A stretch of 64,000 nt of DNA. Source: Macrostomum lignano. Taxonomy: Eukaryota. Position numbers and translations under genes: made by a program. The stretch lies in NCBI GenBank assembly GCA_002269645.1, contig NIVC01000267.1, forward strand, positions 62,001 through 126,000. Reading direction: 5' to 3'. The notes below the pieces were generated by a model. The model did not search any database, was not told where the DNA came from, and saw only the letters and a list, made by a program, of their open reading frames with translations. Shown piece after piece: positions 11,616-34,920 of the stretch (positions are counted from its first letter, which is position 1; each line of letters opens with the position of its first letter).

Positions 11616-11881
11616 TCAACAGTTCTCTTTGTCCTTTTCTTCCACGCTTCCCTCTTGAATAACGCCGGCCAGCGACGGAGGTCGCTGGTTCGAGCGCCGA
11701 CTGTCAGAAGCGACACCGGTGGTTTGCAGCTGATGCACAATGGCGCGGTGCTCGTTGAGCAGCTGGACGAATTCGCGGCGCCTGTGCGCGGCCGACAATC
11801 GGATGATGTCGGCTGCCAGCTCGGAGTTGCGCCTGCGGCTGATGCGGTCAGAGATACTGGAGCCGCTGCGCTGGGAACCCG
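11616..11881 (-). CDS. Duplicate copy of the terminal coding exon of the unnamed minus-strand gene
   Basis: Matches 13491-13756, including the ctaac branch site, the CAG acceptor and GSQRSGSS..EKDKENC*. Confidence 0.6.
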
Positions 11882-12406
11882 CTGGGAGTTTTCGGGAGAA
11901 TTGGGAGAAAATCAGTTAGTAGCTGCTCGTGTTTACTGTAGCGAATAAGTCGACCCGCAATCAGCGTGGCGGGAGGCAGGTAGGCCCATTCCGCTGGCCC
12001 CTCCCTGATCACCTGCTCCACAGGGGCTTACCCAAAGCATCCATCAGTGTCGATACTTCAGCTTCATCCAAGTAATACACGTACAGATAGCACAAATACC
12101 AAAGACAATACCGGAACCTTAGCTCGGGGATACAATGCTATGGACAGCAAAATTCGCTATCTAAACAGATTAAGGGTCTTGGTGAGACAACAAAGTGGGT
12201 GGAAACCTCTATGGTTACTTAAGGGAATCTTTAGTAATATGCTTATGACCTCTAAGCCTAACTCTATGGAATAAGTTCACAAAACCCGGAACAATTAGAG
12301 AGAAGAGCTTGGGGGGAGAATGTTCCAATCAGAACCTTAGACACACCCCTCATCCAATCAGAACCTTAGACACCCCTCATCCAATCAGAACCTTAGACAC
12401 ACCCCT

Positions 12407-13207
12407 CATCTGAGGTCAGTCTCAATCAGCCATCTGAAGTCAGTCTCAACCACAATCATCTGAGGTCAGTCTCAATCAGCCATCTGAAGTCAGTCTCAAC
12501 CACAGTCATCTGAGGTCAGTCTCAATCAGCCATCTGAAGTCAGTCTCAACCACAGTCATCTGAGGTCAGTCTCAACCACAATCATCTGAGGTCAGTCTCA
12601 ATCAGTCATCTTAGGTCAGTCTCAATCAGCCATCTAAGGTCAGTCTCAACCAGTCATCTTAGGTCAGTCGCAACCAGTCATCTTAGGTCAGTCTCAATCA
12701 GCCATCTGAGGTCGGTCTCAATCAGTCATCTGAGGTCAGTCTCAATCAGCCATCTGAGGTCAGTCTCAATCAGCCATCTGAGGTCAGTCTCAATCAGCCA
12801 TCTGAGGTCAGTCTCAATCAGTCATCTTAGGTCAGTCTCAATCAGCCATCTGAGGTCAGTCTCAACCACAGTCATCTTAGGTCAGTCTCAATCAGCCATC
12901 TGAGGTCGGTCTCAACCACAGTCATCTGAGGTCAGTCTCAATCAGCCATCTGAGGTCAGTCTCAACCACAGTCATCTGAGGTCAGTCTCAATCAGTCATC
13001 TGAGGTCAGTCTCAACCACAGCCATCTGAGGTCGGTCTCAATCAGCCATCTAAGGTCAGTCTCAATCAGTCATCTGAGGTCAGTCTCAATCAGCCATCTG
13101 AGGTCGGTCTCAACCACAGTCATCTGAGGTCAGTCTCAATCAGCCATCTGAGGTCAGTCTCAATCAGCCATCTGAAGTCAGTCTCAACCACAGTCATCTG
13201 AGGTCAG
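12407..13207. repeat. 24/26-bp minisatellite (copy 2)
   Basis: Same units as 10244-11331. Confidence 0.95.
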
Positions 13208-13490
13208 TTTCTGCTAGAGGTGGCTGTTTGCTCAACACAAAGCATCAATAAAAGGTGTTATCTTTGCAATGGATCAACGAAATATTGGTACAATATACAT
13301 GTATTTTCAAAAAAGAATGACGGACAAAATATTCAAAATTTTGCGCTCTCATGCGCAGAATGTTTCTAAATAGGAATTTTTTCTGTTGCAACAGTGTTAC
13401 TAACAGTATAAGAATTGTCATATGACACTCGATAAAATCCAAGTTAATCATCAGCTGAGGCAAGTATGACTTCTCCGGGAATTCAGCGGT

Positions 13491-24013
<10,523 letters not shown>

Positions 24014-24566
24014 TTTGTAACCTCGGGCAGACATTGCCTGTCAGTTAGTGTGTAGCAGCTAAGCTGCAATCTAGAGCCTGTAAGAATCCTTTTTATATGC
24101 TGTCAAACGACACCATCATGACAATGCTCTATCCCCGCCCATCCGTCTGTCTTCCTGGAGATGAAGGGGCGAGCCAGCAACTTCCCTTCGCTGCTACCCG
24201 CCATCCCGGATGTTAATTCCGCTGCTGGTCCCGGACGATATTAAAGTTTGCCTTGTACAGAGGATTGCAGAGCGGAGGGAAGTGCGACATGACTATCAGT
24301 GCAAGACATTCTTTAGAAATCTTTAAGCGCTTCTGTCTGCCTCTCAGCTTTTGCAAGTCTCTGTCAGCTTCTCAGCGTCTATGGCAAGCGGTAGGGGGCT
24401 CTGTGAGCCAGATATCCACCCTCCATGATGTCAACTGCCGCATGCAAGAACGCGGCTATGAATGCAGATACTTATTGACTTATACACGGCGTCCATTTTT
24501 CGAAGATAACATAAAAACAGTCGATTTTTTTGATAGCATCAAACAGACAAAGAGAGTCATTGAAAC

Positions 24567-26310
24567 ATGGCCTGTGTTAAAAGCAGCAGTGCATCCATTC
24601 TAAGCACTGATAAGCAGCAACAACAGCAACAGCAGCAGCAAAAACCGCAACAGCAGCAGACTGTGCAGCAGCAGGTGATTTCTCCGTGCCTAAGCGGCTC
24701 TGCAGGGGCTTCTCCATCCTATCCAGACGATGTCCCCGCTACGGGCAGTTACCCGCTGAGGGCCTGGACAAGTAAAATGTTTCGCAACGGATTCCTGTCG
24801 GACATGGGCTTCTGCTCGCTCAGCTATCCGGACGGGAAAGCGATGTAAGCACCGTCCAGTCTGAGCTGCTTCAGTTTCTTTTTAGCTTTGCATTTGTGAG
24901 AATTGGACCAGTGAAGGTAAAGATAAGTCTACGCTATTAGCAATTTAGTTTGGTAAACTAACTTCATCTAACTAAAACTATTGATAGACGAACTTCAATG
25001 CAGCCTATCATTCGGTCCCAAATACAATGCCAACTTTTCAGGGTCCAGGAGGTTTTCAACCACTTAGGCTGGGCCAGTGTGGCCAACTTCCGCACGCAGC
25101 ACCCGTACCAGCCCGGCTTCTTCTGGTGCCACGGCTACACGGCCAAATCCATCACCGAGTGGCGCCAGTCGGCCAAGTTCACCGGCCTGCAGTTCGTCAG
25201 CTCCCTGCCCAACATCATCTGCCTGCACAACAAGAAGCTGCTGCAGACTCTGATCCGCCAGTACGAGCAGTCCGTGCTCAATTCGGTCGGCTCGCTAGAT
25301 GCGCCAAATTATCTTCGCTTCCCCGGCGACATCCGGGCCTACAACTCGGACGCCTATCTTCCCAGGACGCTGTTCGACCTGACGCACGAGGAGCTGCATC
25401 ACATCGCGGAGTCCTGCTTCAAACAGGACAGCGTCTGGATTGCCAAGCCTCTGTCGCAGAACTGCGGCAAAGGCATCTGCCTGGTGCGCAGCCGCGAGCA
25501 GCTGCTGGAGCTGTCCGACCGCCTGCCCAATCTCATCGTGCAGGAGTACATCCGCAATCCCGTCACGCTAGACGGCCGGAAAAGCGACCTCCGCGTCTAC
25601 CTCCTGTTGGTTTGCCCAGAGCGCGGCCACCTGATGGCTTTCTATCATCCGGGATTCGTCCGCCTGTCGCTTAGACAGTACGCCGAGACCACCGACGATC
25701 TGGCCGTTCACCTAACCAACCAGTCCGTTGCCAAGGCGACCGAGGAGTGGACGAGACGACGCGACGAATCGACTTGGACGCCGGCCCAGATGAACAACAA
25801 CTTAAACGCTAGGAGAGACAGCACGGGTTTTGAGCGGGACTTCCTGTTCCGGCGAGTGCACCCCAGCATGCGAGCCGTGCTGGGCATCGTCAGCCGGGCG
25901 GCCTACCCCAAGGTGACCCGCATCGGCGGCTGCTTTGAGTTTCTCGGCTGCGACTTCATGCTGGACACGAGCGGACGGGTGAGAGACGGTGATAGTCTGA
26001 GCCCAAGCTTTGACCAAAAATGTTTTAAACTAAGTCACTATCTGTCTGTGTGCAGACATGTTCTAAAAAATCATATTACTATTCTTTCGACTGTTCCCAG
26101 GTGTGGCTAATCGAGATTAACTGCTATCCGGGTATGGCAACCAGCACAAGCCTTCTGAGAACATTAAAGCCGCAGGTTGTTCATGAGGCCATCTGCCTAT
26201 CAATGGAGTGCATCTCTAAGCAGTACCAGGGCAAGGCCATGTACCCGCTGGAGTCACTACGACAATTCCAGTTACTTTGGAACAGTGACGATGAGCCCTC
26301 CTCATCCTGA
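24567..26310 (+). CDS. TTLL10: Tubulin tyrosine ligase-like protein, TTLL10-like (tubulin glycylase), about 474 aa
   Basis: Exons 24567-24844, 25042-25978 and 26101-26310, phase-consistent. TTL motifs WIAKP..NCGKGI, VQEYIRNP..LDGRKSDLRVY, HLTNQ, GCDFMLD and VWLIEIN. The C-terminal SKQYQGKAMYPLESLRQFQLLWN resembles my recollection of the TTLL10 tail. The start codon is tentative. Confidence 0.85.
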
Positions 26311-29300
26311 CGCAGCTTTCTACAGAAAATTCTCTCTGTTTTATTCATTCATTTTTGTGTCCTATCGTCTCGGTTTTTTCAGCTGAAGAACTTTTATTCA
26401 ATCAGAAGTATACTTTTAATACCTAGCATACTGCTGCCCGCTGGGACATGGGTTTAGCGCTGATCCATTCTTGTGTGCGGTACTAGGCACTTGCAGTCAT
26501 ACTACGATCCCGGCATTGCGTTTTGCTTTCTTCTGGTTGACACTATCGAATAAGCAATTCGAATTAATTCGAATCTATATGGTTAAGTCACCAGACTTCA
26601 CAAACAAGTTGTGGTTCGGTGGCTTCTTGAGCAATTTCTCATAGCATGTGCACTGTTATACATGTAGTTGGATCGGGTCAATATGAAACTGTGCACGAAT
26701 TTTAAAGATTGAATATTGTCTGTTGGTGCACATCTTGAGTGGAGATCGTGCATTATGATTATCCACGGCGAGTTACATGTAATTGAGTTAATAGAATACC
26801 CATTCGCATCATGGGTTCTCGGCAGCGATTTTCAGTACAGATAATTCTGCGATTCTGTATATTCTTCTATTTTTACCGCCATTCCCCAGTCCTCACAGAT
26901 GCGGCTCTTTTTTATACTGTACTTACATAAGCTGTAAAGTAGTATAAATGAATTCCCAAATATTACGATGTTTATCTATTACTGAGTTGATGGGCGTAAA
27001 ATTAATTATTTTTGGAGAGGACATTTAAGCAACGTCACGCCAAGGACTATTAGACTTATGTTGAATCATGCAATTTATCTATCTCACTATATATAATGTA
27101 TACGAGAACGAAAATCGGCCTTCAACTACGAGTATTTTTACACGAATCGAGAGTGTTACGTCCTTATATACAAAGTGCTCCTAGTGGTCCTTGCGTCACG
27201 CTTGAATAAAAGCAAAAGTAGTTCTCGGTAACGGTACGTAAGTCATATATGCGTTCGCTATCTACCAAGCATAGCTCATTGTTATGCCCTAGTCATGAAT
27301 ATGTCATATTAGGCCTTTTCATATTGCTTATTCTGGTTCTAGAACCAGATCCAATTTTTAAAGTATAACTTTTTGTCTCCTAAACTAGAGGGGTATATTA
27401 GTGCTTTAGAATTGTGATTATTTGAATGGCAATAGAAAAGAAGAAAGTGAAAAATTGTGCAAAGTGAGGCTGTTAGGACAGTCGAACATTCAACAGAGTT
27501 AAATAGTTATACTGCTTTTTTCTTGAAAATCCGAACCGATTCTGGTTCTGAAATCGGTAATGTGAAAAGCCACATTGTTAGTGTTTTTTAGAATGGCGCG
27601 AACTCAATTTGTTGAAATTCCAAGAAAAAAAGCTTAAATTCGGATTTTGACGCTTAACAATTATTAATTAACCATCTCATGATGATGCCTCATCATGCCT
27701 CATGCTTCTGGTCAGTGGTCAAACTAGTTAATCAGACACAACATTGCGCCATAGGTCATGGTGGCTTGCTTTTGCATTGGTTTCAAATTAGAAACTCGAA
27801 TTCGAGGTTGCTAAACTTTTAGATTAAATTGTAGCCTAGACCCTAATAAAAACTGGTTATGAGTTTCGAATGTTTATCTAGTTGGAATTTTATCACCATT
27901 AAAACGTTTTTATCACCTATAACATTTTTTTAAATCAAAGCAAAGCTTTCAACTTAAAGGTCCAACTTTATCATTTAAATGATTAATTTGAAAAAAGATG
28001 CATCATTCTTAATTATATCATTAAATATCATTCTTATGATGTTTTATCATTGCTATTTAGATGAATAACAGAATATTTATAATTTAATAATATTAATTTT
28101 CATAGGATTTTATAGATATATTCTGTAATGTATCTTTATATCTTATTTATGTACTTATTTCACATTGTGCATAATTTGTATTTGTATTCTATTTAGATTT
28201 TACTGTACTTTTTACTGTATGTATTCATGTTTATTTTGCTGGACAGTTTAAAATGAAGCTTGTTTTAATGACTAATAATTAACTAATATAAATATGAATC
28301 ATCAATTTTTTGTAAGAGTTCGCCGGCTCTGATTTAGCACCTCTCGATTGAAAATTTAAGTGTTGGCTTTGGCAATTTATTTATTACAATTCTATAAATT
28401 ATAATCTATGCAATATAAATCATGTAAGATTATAAGGTCCTTAAAAGAAATTGATTTTGGTATTAAAGCCAAATTAGATTACTATAACTTTGTTTTAATC
28501 ATGATTAAGAATAAGCATATCAAACTATAAATTAATTTTGTTAATGTTAATTGGTTTTAAACTTAATATTAGATATTAGCTATTTCAAAGTTTTTTATCA
28601 TTTGATAGCTAATATTTAAAGCAATAGGCCTCCTTAAACATTCAATTTCAATCCCTGGCCCCTAGGCTTAAAAAGACATTTTCCTTTCACAACCTGGATG
28701 CTTTTAGGTAAAAGCTAGAATAATTATGATTTAGTTAAAGATAATGGGCCTAGGGGGCTATCTATTTATACATTAGCATACTTTAGATGAAATTTTTACC
28801 TGTGTTGGGCACCATTAATAAAAATCTTAACTTCCAATTATGGCAAAAGCATTAGTGTTAAAACAAAAAATCCTAACTTATTAACTCTTAATATTGTTAA
28901 GTTAATTCATAATTGTTAATAAGCATTAATCCATTAAAGTTGATATAGAAAATACAGAAATCTTGCAGACTTCCATAATGCACTGTCTGCTTTTCCACCT
29001 AATTTTTAGCAAAGCACAGAGGTCATTTAGGGATTTATAAGCTAAAAAAGTAATAAATAATTATTAAAAAACTTGTATGCATAATACTACTAAAAGTAAG
29101 CATATGGAAAAAGAAGCAACTTATTTATTTGAAAATTGAAAGCTAATTAGTTAATAATAGAATACAAATAGGAGGGCTATTTCAGTAGCATTAGCAGGCG
29201 CAGCATAAAGTTATAAAAGATTGGGAAAGAAATGAATCAAAGCAATCAATGCTTAGGCACTAGCATTATTAATTAAGTTCATTAGTAAGAAGTTGTTACA

Positions 29301-30025
29301 TTTGCATGATCATTGTTTTAAACAAAGAGATTAATTAGGCATTAGATAGATTCAAATACATTTGTAATGTTGTAACTTCTCATTAGACTTATATTTTTGT
29401 TCTTTCTTTGTGTCTAGTCATTGACATTATCATTAACGTTAATGATGAATTTGTTGTTAACTTACAAAATTATTAATGCAAATTCATTAATCTGCTAGTG
29501 CAAAAAATCTTAATAGCAGTCCATTAATGTAATGAAAAATCTTAACGCTTGTTAATGCTTATTACTAGATTATTAATTGATTATGGATTAACAAATTAGT
29601 GCCCAACATTGATTTTTACTAGGCACATAGCCAGGATTCATGTCAAGGGAGGGGGACAGAGACATAAATCCATCTCTGATGTTGGCAATAGAAGCAAAAT
29701 ACAAAGGCAATAAAAATAATTTTCTCCTTTCAGGTGAGGGACATGTCCCCAGTGTCTCCCCTCCTTTGGCTACTCCCCTGATTATTACACAACTAGCAAC
29801 AGGCATTATTGCCTATTCCCTAAGTAGGCACATAAGTGCATAGATGGTCCTTTGAAGACAATCATATGCACACACATGGACTCACACAAGAGTGTATAGT
29901 GGCCCTTATTTTATTTCTTATTAGGCATATAAACTCTACTATGCTTTTTTATTTTGCTTTTTTCTTCCATTTAAACTTTGAAGATTTGACCTTCATTGAT
30001 TGGAAAAACTTTCAGGCAGTCAGGC

Positions 30026-32847
30026 ATGCGCACCCTGGCAGAGTATCAGATCAGCAGCAAGACTGGCTTTGTGCTGGAGCAGCCATGCTGTCAGCTTCCC
30101 CCAGCCTGGCAGGCCTATGACCGCCTAGCCAGTGCCATTGTGCCAATACTGTCCCAGCCAGACACTGACAAGGCCTCCGCTGACCTTCACTTGGCTGTGG
30201 CTGACCTTGTCGTGCCATCTGACCATGCGCTGATGGAGATGGCCACCGCCTGGAGCCTGGAGACCCGCTGCCGGCTGCACCTGTGCCTCACCTGCATCAC
30301 CGCTTCTTACCTGTGGCACCGGGGCGAGTCCCGGGCGCCAAACCGTCTGCCCGCCCAGCTGGCCCGGCCGCTGCTTCGGGTGGCCGAGAGTCTCGGCCTG
30401 AAGCCCACAATTGGCCACGCCACCCTGGCTCTGGCGAACTGCGCCTTGCCCGACTCCGCCTGGTCTGGCCGGCCCGAGCACCTGCGGCTGCTCTGCCAGC
30501 CCGGGCCGTCCTCGGCCTTTCGCGCCTTCGTTCTCGTCACGTGCGCATTCGAGCTGGACTTTGCGCGCGCTACGCCGCTGCTGCTCCGCGGCGCCGAGGC
30601 CCGCCGACCAGACGAAGCCGCCGACCTCCTCGATCGGCTGGCCGACTGCCTGGCCGGCCTGACCGCCAGGTTTGACGATTTTGGCCGCCTGCTTGACCCG
30701 GACGAGTTCTATAGGGATGTTCGGCCCTACCTGAGCGGTCACGAGGGCCTGGTCTTCGAGGTCTGCCGCTGAGGGGCGATTTTTTACCTGCTTTGTTGTT
30801 GTCCCAGATTCCCAGGCTCCGCCCTCCCCTGCAGATACTCTGTTGCTGGACCATCGTATATCCCCAAGTTTTCATGTGTCATTCTCACTCATTAGATCCT
30901 CCAGGCTTGAGGTGCTGTCCTCCAAAATCCTCAAGGCTTGAAGTGTCATCCTCCAAGATCCTCAAGGCTTGAAGTGTCATCCTCCGAGATCCTTAAGGCT
31001 TGAGGTGTTTTCCTCCCAGATCCTCAAGGCTTGAAGTGTCATCCTCCCAGATCCTCAAGACTTCAGGTGTTTTCCTCCCAGATCCTCAAGGCTTGAAGTG
31101 TCATCCTCCGAGATCCTTAAGGCTTGAGGTGCTGTCCTCCCAGATCCTCAAGGCTTGAAGTGTCATCCTCCGAGATCCTTATAGCTTGAGGTGCTGTCCT
31201 CCAAGATCCTCAAGGCTTGAAGTGTCATCCTCCGAGATCCTTAAGGCTTGAGGTGTTGTTCTCCCAGATCCTCAAGGCTTGAAGTGTCATCCTCCCAGAT
31301 CCTTAAGGCTTGAGGTGCTGTCCTCCCAGATCCTCAAGGCTTGAAGTGTCATCCTCCCAGATCCCTAAGGCTTGAGGTGTTGTTCTCCCAGATCCTCAAG
31401 GCTTGAAGTGTCATCCTCCCAGATCCTTAAGGCTTGAGGTGCTGTCCTCCAAGATCCTCAAGGCTTGAAGTGTCATCCTCCGAGATCCTTAAGGCTTGAG
31501 GTGTTGTTCTCCCAGATCCTCAAGGCTTGAAGTGTCATCCTCCCAGATCCTTAAGGCTTGAGGTGCTGTCCTCCAAGATCCTCAAGGCTTGAGGTGTTGT
31601 CCTCCGAGATCCTTAAGGCTTGAGGTGTTTTTCTTCCAGATCCTCAAGGCTTGAGGTGTTGTTCTCTCAGATCCTCAAGGCTTGAAGTGTCATCCTCCCA
31701 GATCCTTAAGGCTTGAGGTGTTGTCCTCCAAGATCCTCAAGGCTTGAGGTGCTGTCCTCCCAGATCCTTAAGGCTTGAGGTGTTTTTCTTCCAGATCCTC
31801 AAGGCTTAAAGTGTCATCCTCCGAGATCCTTAAGGCTTGAGGTGTTGTTCTCCCAGATCCTCAAGGCTTGAAGTGTCATCCTCCCAGATCCCTAAGGCTT
31901 GAGGTGTTGTTCTCCCAGATCCTCAAAGCTTGAGGTGCTGTTCTCCCAGATCCTCAAGGCTTGAGGTGTTGTCCTCCCAGATCCTCAAGGCTTGAAGTGT
32001 CATCCTCCCAGATCCTCAAGGCTTGAAGTGTCATCCTCCCAGATCCTCAAGGCTTGAAGTGTCATCCTCCCAGATCCTCAAGGCTTGAAGTGTCATCCTC
32101 CCAGATCCTTAAGGCTTGAAGTGTCATACTCCGAGATCCTTAAGGCTTGAGGTGTTTTCCTCCCAGATCCTCCGGGCTCAGCCAATTTAAAATATAGCCA
32201 ATGCAATCCCTCATCCAATCCTGTCTCATTGTTTCACTCGCCCCTATTCGAATCCCAAGGGCTGCAGCTGCGAGGCGACCCGGCTTCGTCTATCTGGCGG
32301 CAGCGCCGCCCAGTCCACCATCCTGCAGTCCATCGACGCTCTGCTGGGCATCCGGCACGAGTCCGCTTTCCTAGCCGAGATGGTTGACTACATGCACCCG
32401 GCTCACAGGTGAGATTTCGGCTCTTTTTTGCTCTGAACTGATTTTACTACTGACCGAATAAAATAAGTCAGTAGTTTGTTGGAACATTGTCAATAAAAAA
32501 TTAGCTACTCAAAATTCAGGCAACTTCTAAAAGATCTCGCAACCGAGACCCGCCTGCCCCAGCTGGTGGCGGCCAGCGCGCCCGAGTCGCGTCTGCGCGC
32601 CGCTCACGGCCGCGCCGTCGCCGCGCTAGCCGATTTCCGCAAGCGCCACATCGGCTTGGTGTCGCGCTACATTGTGGCCCCGGCTGGCAGAGTCAGGACG
32701 GAGTTCGCCAGCCTGGCCGAGCGGGGCACCGGCGGGCAGCCGCTGATCCAGTTCTTGAAGGAGGTTCGCGACGAAGGCGCGCTGCCGCCGCCACTCAGTG
32801 ACCCTGGCGTGGACGGCAGTGGAGACGGTGTCTGCATGCTTAAGTGA
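30026..32847 (+). CDS. IDO: Indoleamine 2,3-dioxygenase family heme enzyme, 403 aa
   Basis: Exons 30026-30760, 32260-32408 and 32520-32847. Motifs YQISSKTGF, FYRDVRPYLSG, GLVFEG, GGSAAQS, DALLGIRH, YMHPAHR, FRKRH (proximal heme His) and RGTGG..FLKEVRD. Confidence 0.93.
30893..32172. repeat. 31-bp minisatellite filling IDO intron 1, about 41 copies
   Basis: Unit AGATCCT(C/T)AAGGCTTGA(A/G)GTGTCATCCTCCC. The G variant contains the inverted repeat CCTCAAG-G-CTTGAGG. Confidence 0.96.
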
Positions 32848-32924
32848 TTGATGGGGACTCAGTATGATGCAGGGGTCAAGTATCTTACGGCCTAGGCCAC
32901 TCACTGGCAGGCCTTCACTGTTCA

Positions 32925-33872
32925 GTGTCCTGCAGTGGTCACCGCTACCCCCTCACAGTTCCTGCAGTGGTCACCGCTACCCCCTCACAGTGTCCTGCAG
33001 TGGTCACCGCTACCCCCTCACAGTTCCTGCAGTGGTCACCGCTACCCCCTCACAGTGTCCTGCAGTGGTCACCGCTACCCCCTCACAGTTCCTGCAGTGG
33101 TCACCGCTACCCCTCACAGTGTCCTGCAGTGGTCACCGCTACCCCCTCACAGTTCCTGCAGTGGTCACCGCTACCCCCTCACAGTGTCCTGCAGTGGTCA
33201 CCGCTACCCCCTCACAGTTCCTGCAGTGGTCACCGCTACCCCCTCACAGTTCCTGCAGTGGTCACCGCTACCCATAGAGTCCTGAAATGGTCACCGCTAC
33301 CCATAGAGTCCTGAAATGGTCACCGCTACCCATAGAGTCCTGAAATGGTCACCGCTACCCATAGAGTCCTGAAATGGTCACCGCTACCCATAGAGTCCTG
33401 AAATGGTCACCGCTACCCAAAGAGTCCTGAAATGGTCACCGCTACCCATAGAGTCCTGAAATGGTCACCGCTACCCATAGAGTCCTGAAATGGTCACCGC
33501 TACCCAAAGAGTCCTGAAATGGTCACCGCTACCCATAAAGTCCTGAAATGGTCACCGCTACCCATAGAGTCCTGAAATGGTCACCGCTACCCATAAAGTC
33601 CTGAAATGGTCACCGCTACCCCCTCACAGTTCCTGCAGTGGTCACCGCTATCCCTCACAGTGTCCTGCAGTGGTCACCGCTACCCCCATAGAGTCCTGAA
33701 ATGGTCACCGCTACCCCCTCACAATGTCCTGCAGTGGTCACCGCTACCCATAAAGTCCTGAAATGGTCACCGCTACCCCCATAGAGTCCTGAAATGGTCA
33801 CCGCTACCCCCTCACAATGTCCTGCAGTGGTCACCGCTACCCCCATAGAGTCCTGAAATGGTCACCGCTACC
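32925..33872. repeat. Compound 32/33-bp and 29-bp minisatellite
   Basis: Units CCTGCAGTGGTCACCGCTACCCCCTCACAGT(T/GT) and CCTGAAATGGTCACCGCTACCCATAGAGT share the core TGGTCACCGCTACCC. Confidence 0.95.
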
Positions 33873-34417
33873 AACCCCAGCGGGCACCTTTTTCACCGGA
33901 CTGCCAATTCATCATTCGAAATTGGATGTACACCATTTTTTTCTTTTTAACTGTTTGTTATTAGTTATTGTGTTTAATACGAGTATATTAACTTTGCCCC
34001 TGTCTTGTCGATTTATAACAATAAATTTTACCGACATTGGTTTGATTATTTATAATAATTTCTTCTGCGTTTTGATTTCAACTGATTTTTCTGGATTTCC
34101 TATCAACAGAGTTTTTGTAATGCGAATTCGGTCTTTCTTTTCGAATTTTTTTAAATGAAGAAGTACACGATGTAAGTGCTCAATAAAATACACATGTACT
34201 TGCATCATTTTGCATCTTATTGTTCTCTTCGATTTGCATCTGATACAAAGAAGTTTACTACTAAGAAGTCTACAAACTTTCTTTTATTTTCTTTTTTTAC
34301 GCAAATGTAGCTAAAATGCGATCATACCTACTTTCCTAGCTGTCAATAAGTAGTAAGGTAATAACATTAGCAACAGAAAACAAAAATGTGGAATTTAGAT
34401 ACGCTATCCACTGACAT

Positions 34418-34851
34418 GGGTCTACGACGCTTGCCATCCGGACGTTTACCATCCGGATGTTTGCCAGCCGATGTTTGCCAGCCGGATGTTTGCCAGCCGA
34501 TGTTTGCCAGCCGGATGTTTGTCAGCCGATGTTTGCCAGCCGGATGTTTGCCAGCCGATATTTGCCAGCCGATGTTTGCCAGCCGATGTTTGCCAGCCGA
34601 TTTTTGCCAGCCGATGTTTGCCAGCCGGACATTTGTTAAAGAATTATGCCCTCTCTAGGCTTCAATGTACTTGCATTTGAAAACTGCGGGCATAGCGCCA
34701 ATCTAATTCTAACTCGCTCCCTATAACTGCTTAACTATAACTGTAGCAGCACCAAAGCGTGGCATAGCGACCTGTTACTAAAACATACATTTAAGCCTAG
34801 CGAGGGCATAATTCTTTAACAAACGTCCCGCTGGCAAACGTCGCTATCCCC
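34418..34851. mobile_element. Foldback/MITE-like non-autonomous element with subrepeat-expanded left arm
   Basis: Inverted arms 34616-34659 and 34796-34839 (44 bp, 3 mismatches). The left arm is extended by 14/15-bp GATGTTTGCCAGCC(G) subrepeats. Confidence 0.6.
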
Positions 34852-34920
34852 ACTGCCATAGAACAGACACAGAAACTTAACCGTATCTGAGCATTAGGTT
34901 GGAGTACCCTCAGAAATTTT

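Noticed and set aside
26400-29600. Hidden gene or RNA in the long AT-rich interval
   Set aside because: No ORF of 60 aa or more and no recognisable RNA motif. Only an 18-bp palindrome at 29429-29446, which can occur by chance in AT-rich DNA.
29621-29779. Harbinger-like MITE (AGGCACATAGCCA ... TGGCTACTCCCCT)
   Set aside because: The putative TIRs match at only 9 of 13 positions and no TSD is evident. It may be an old remnant, but I cannot support it.
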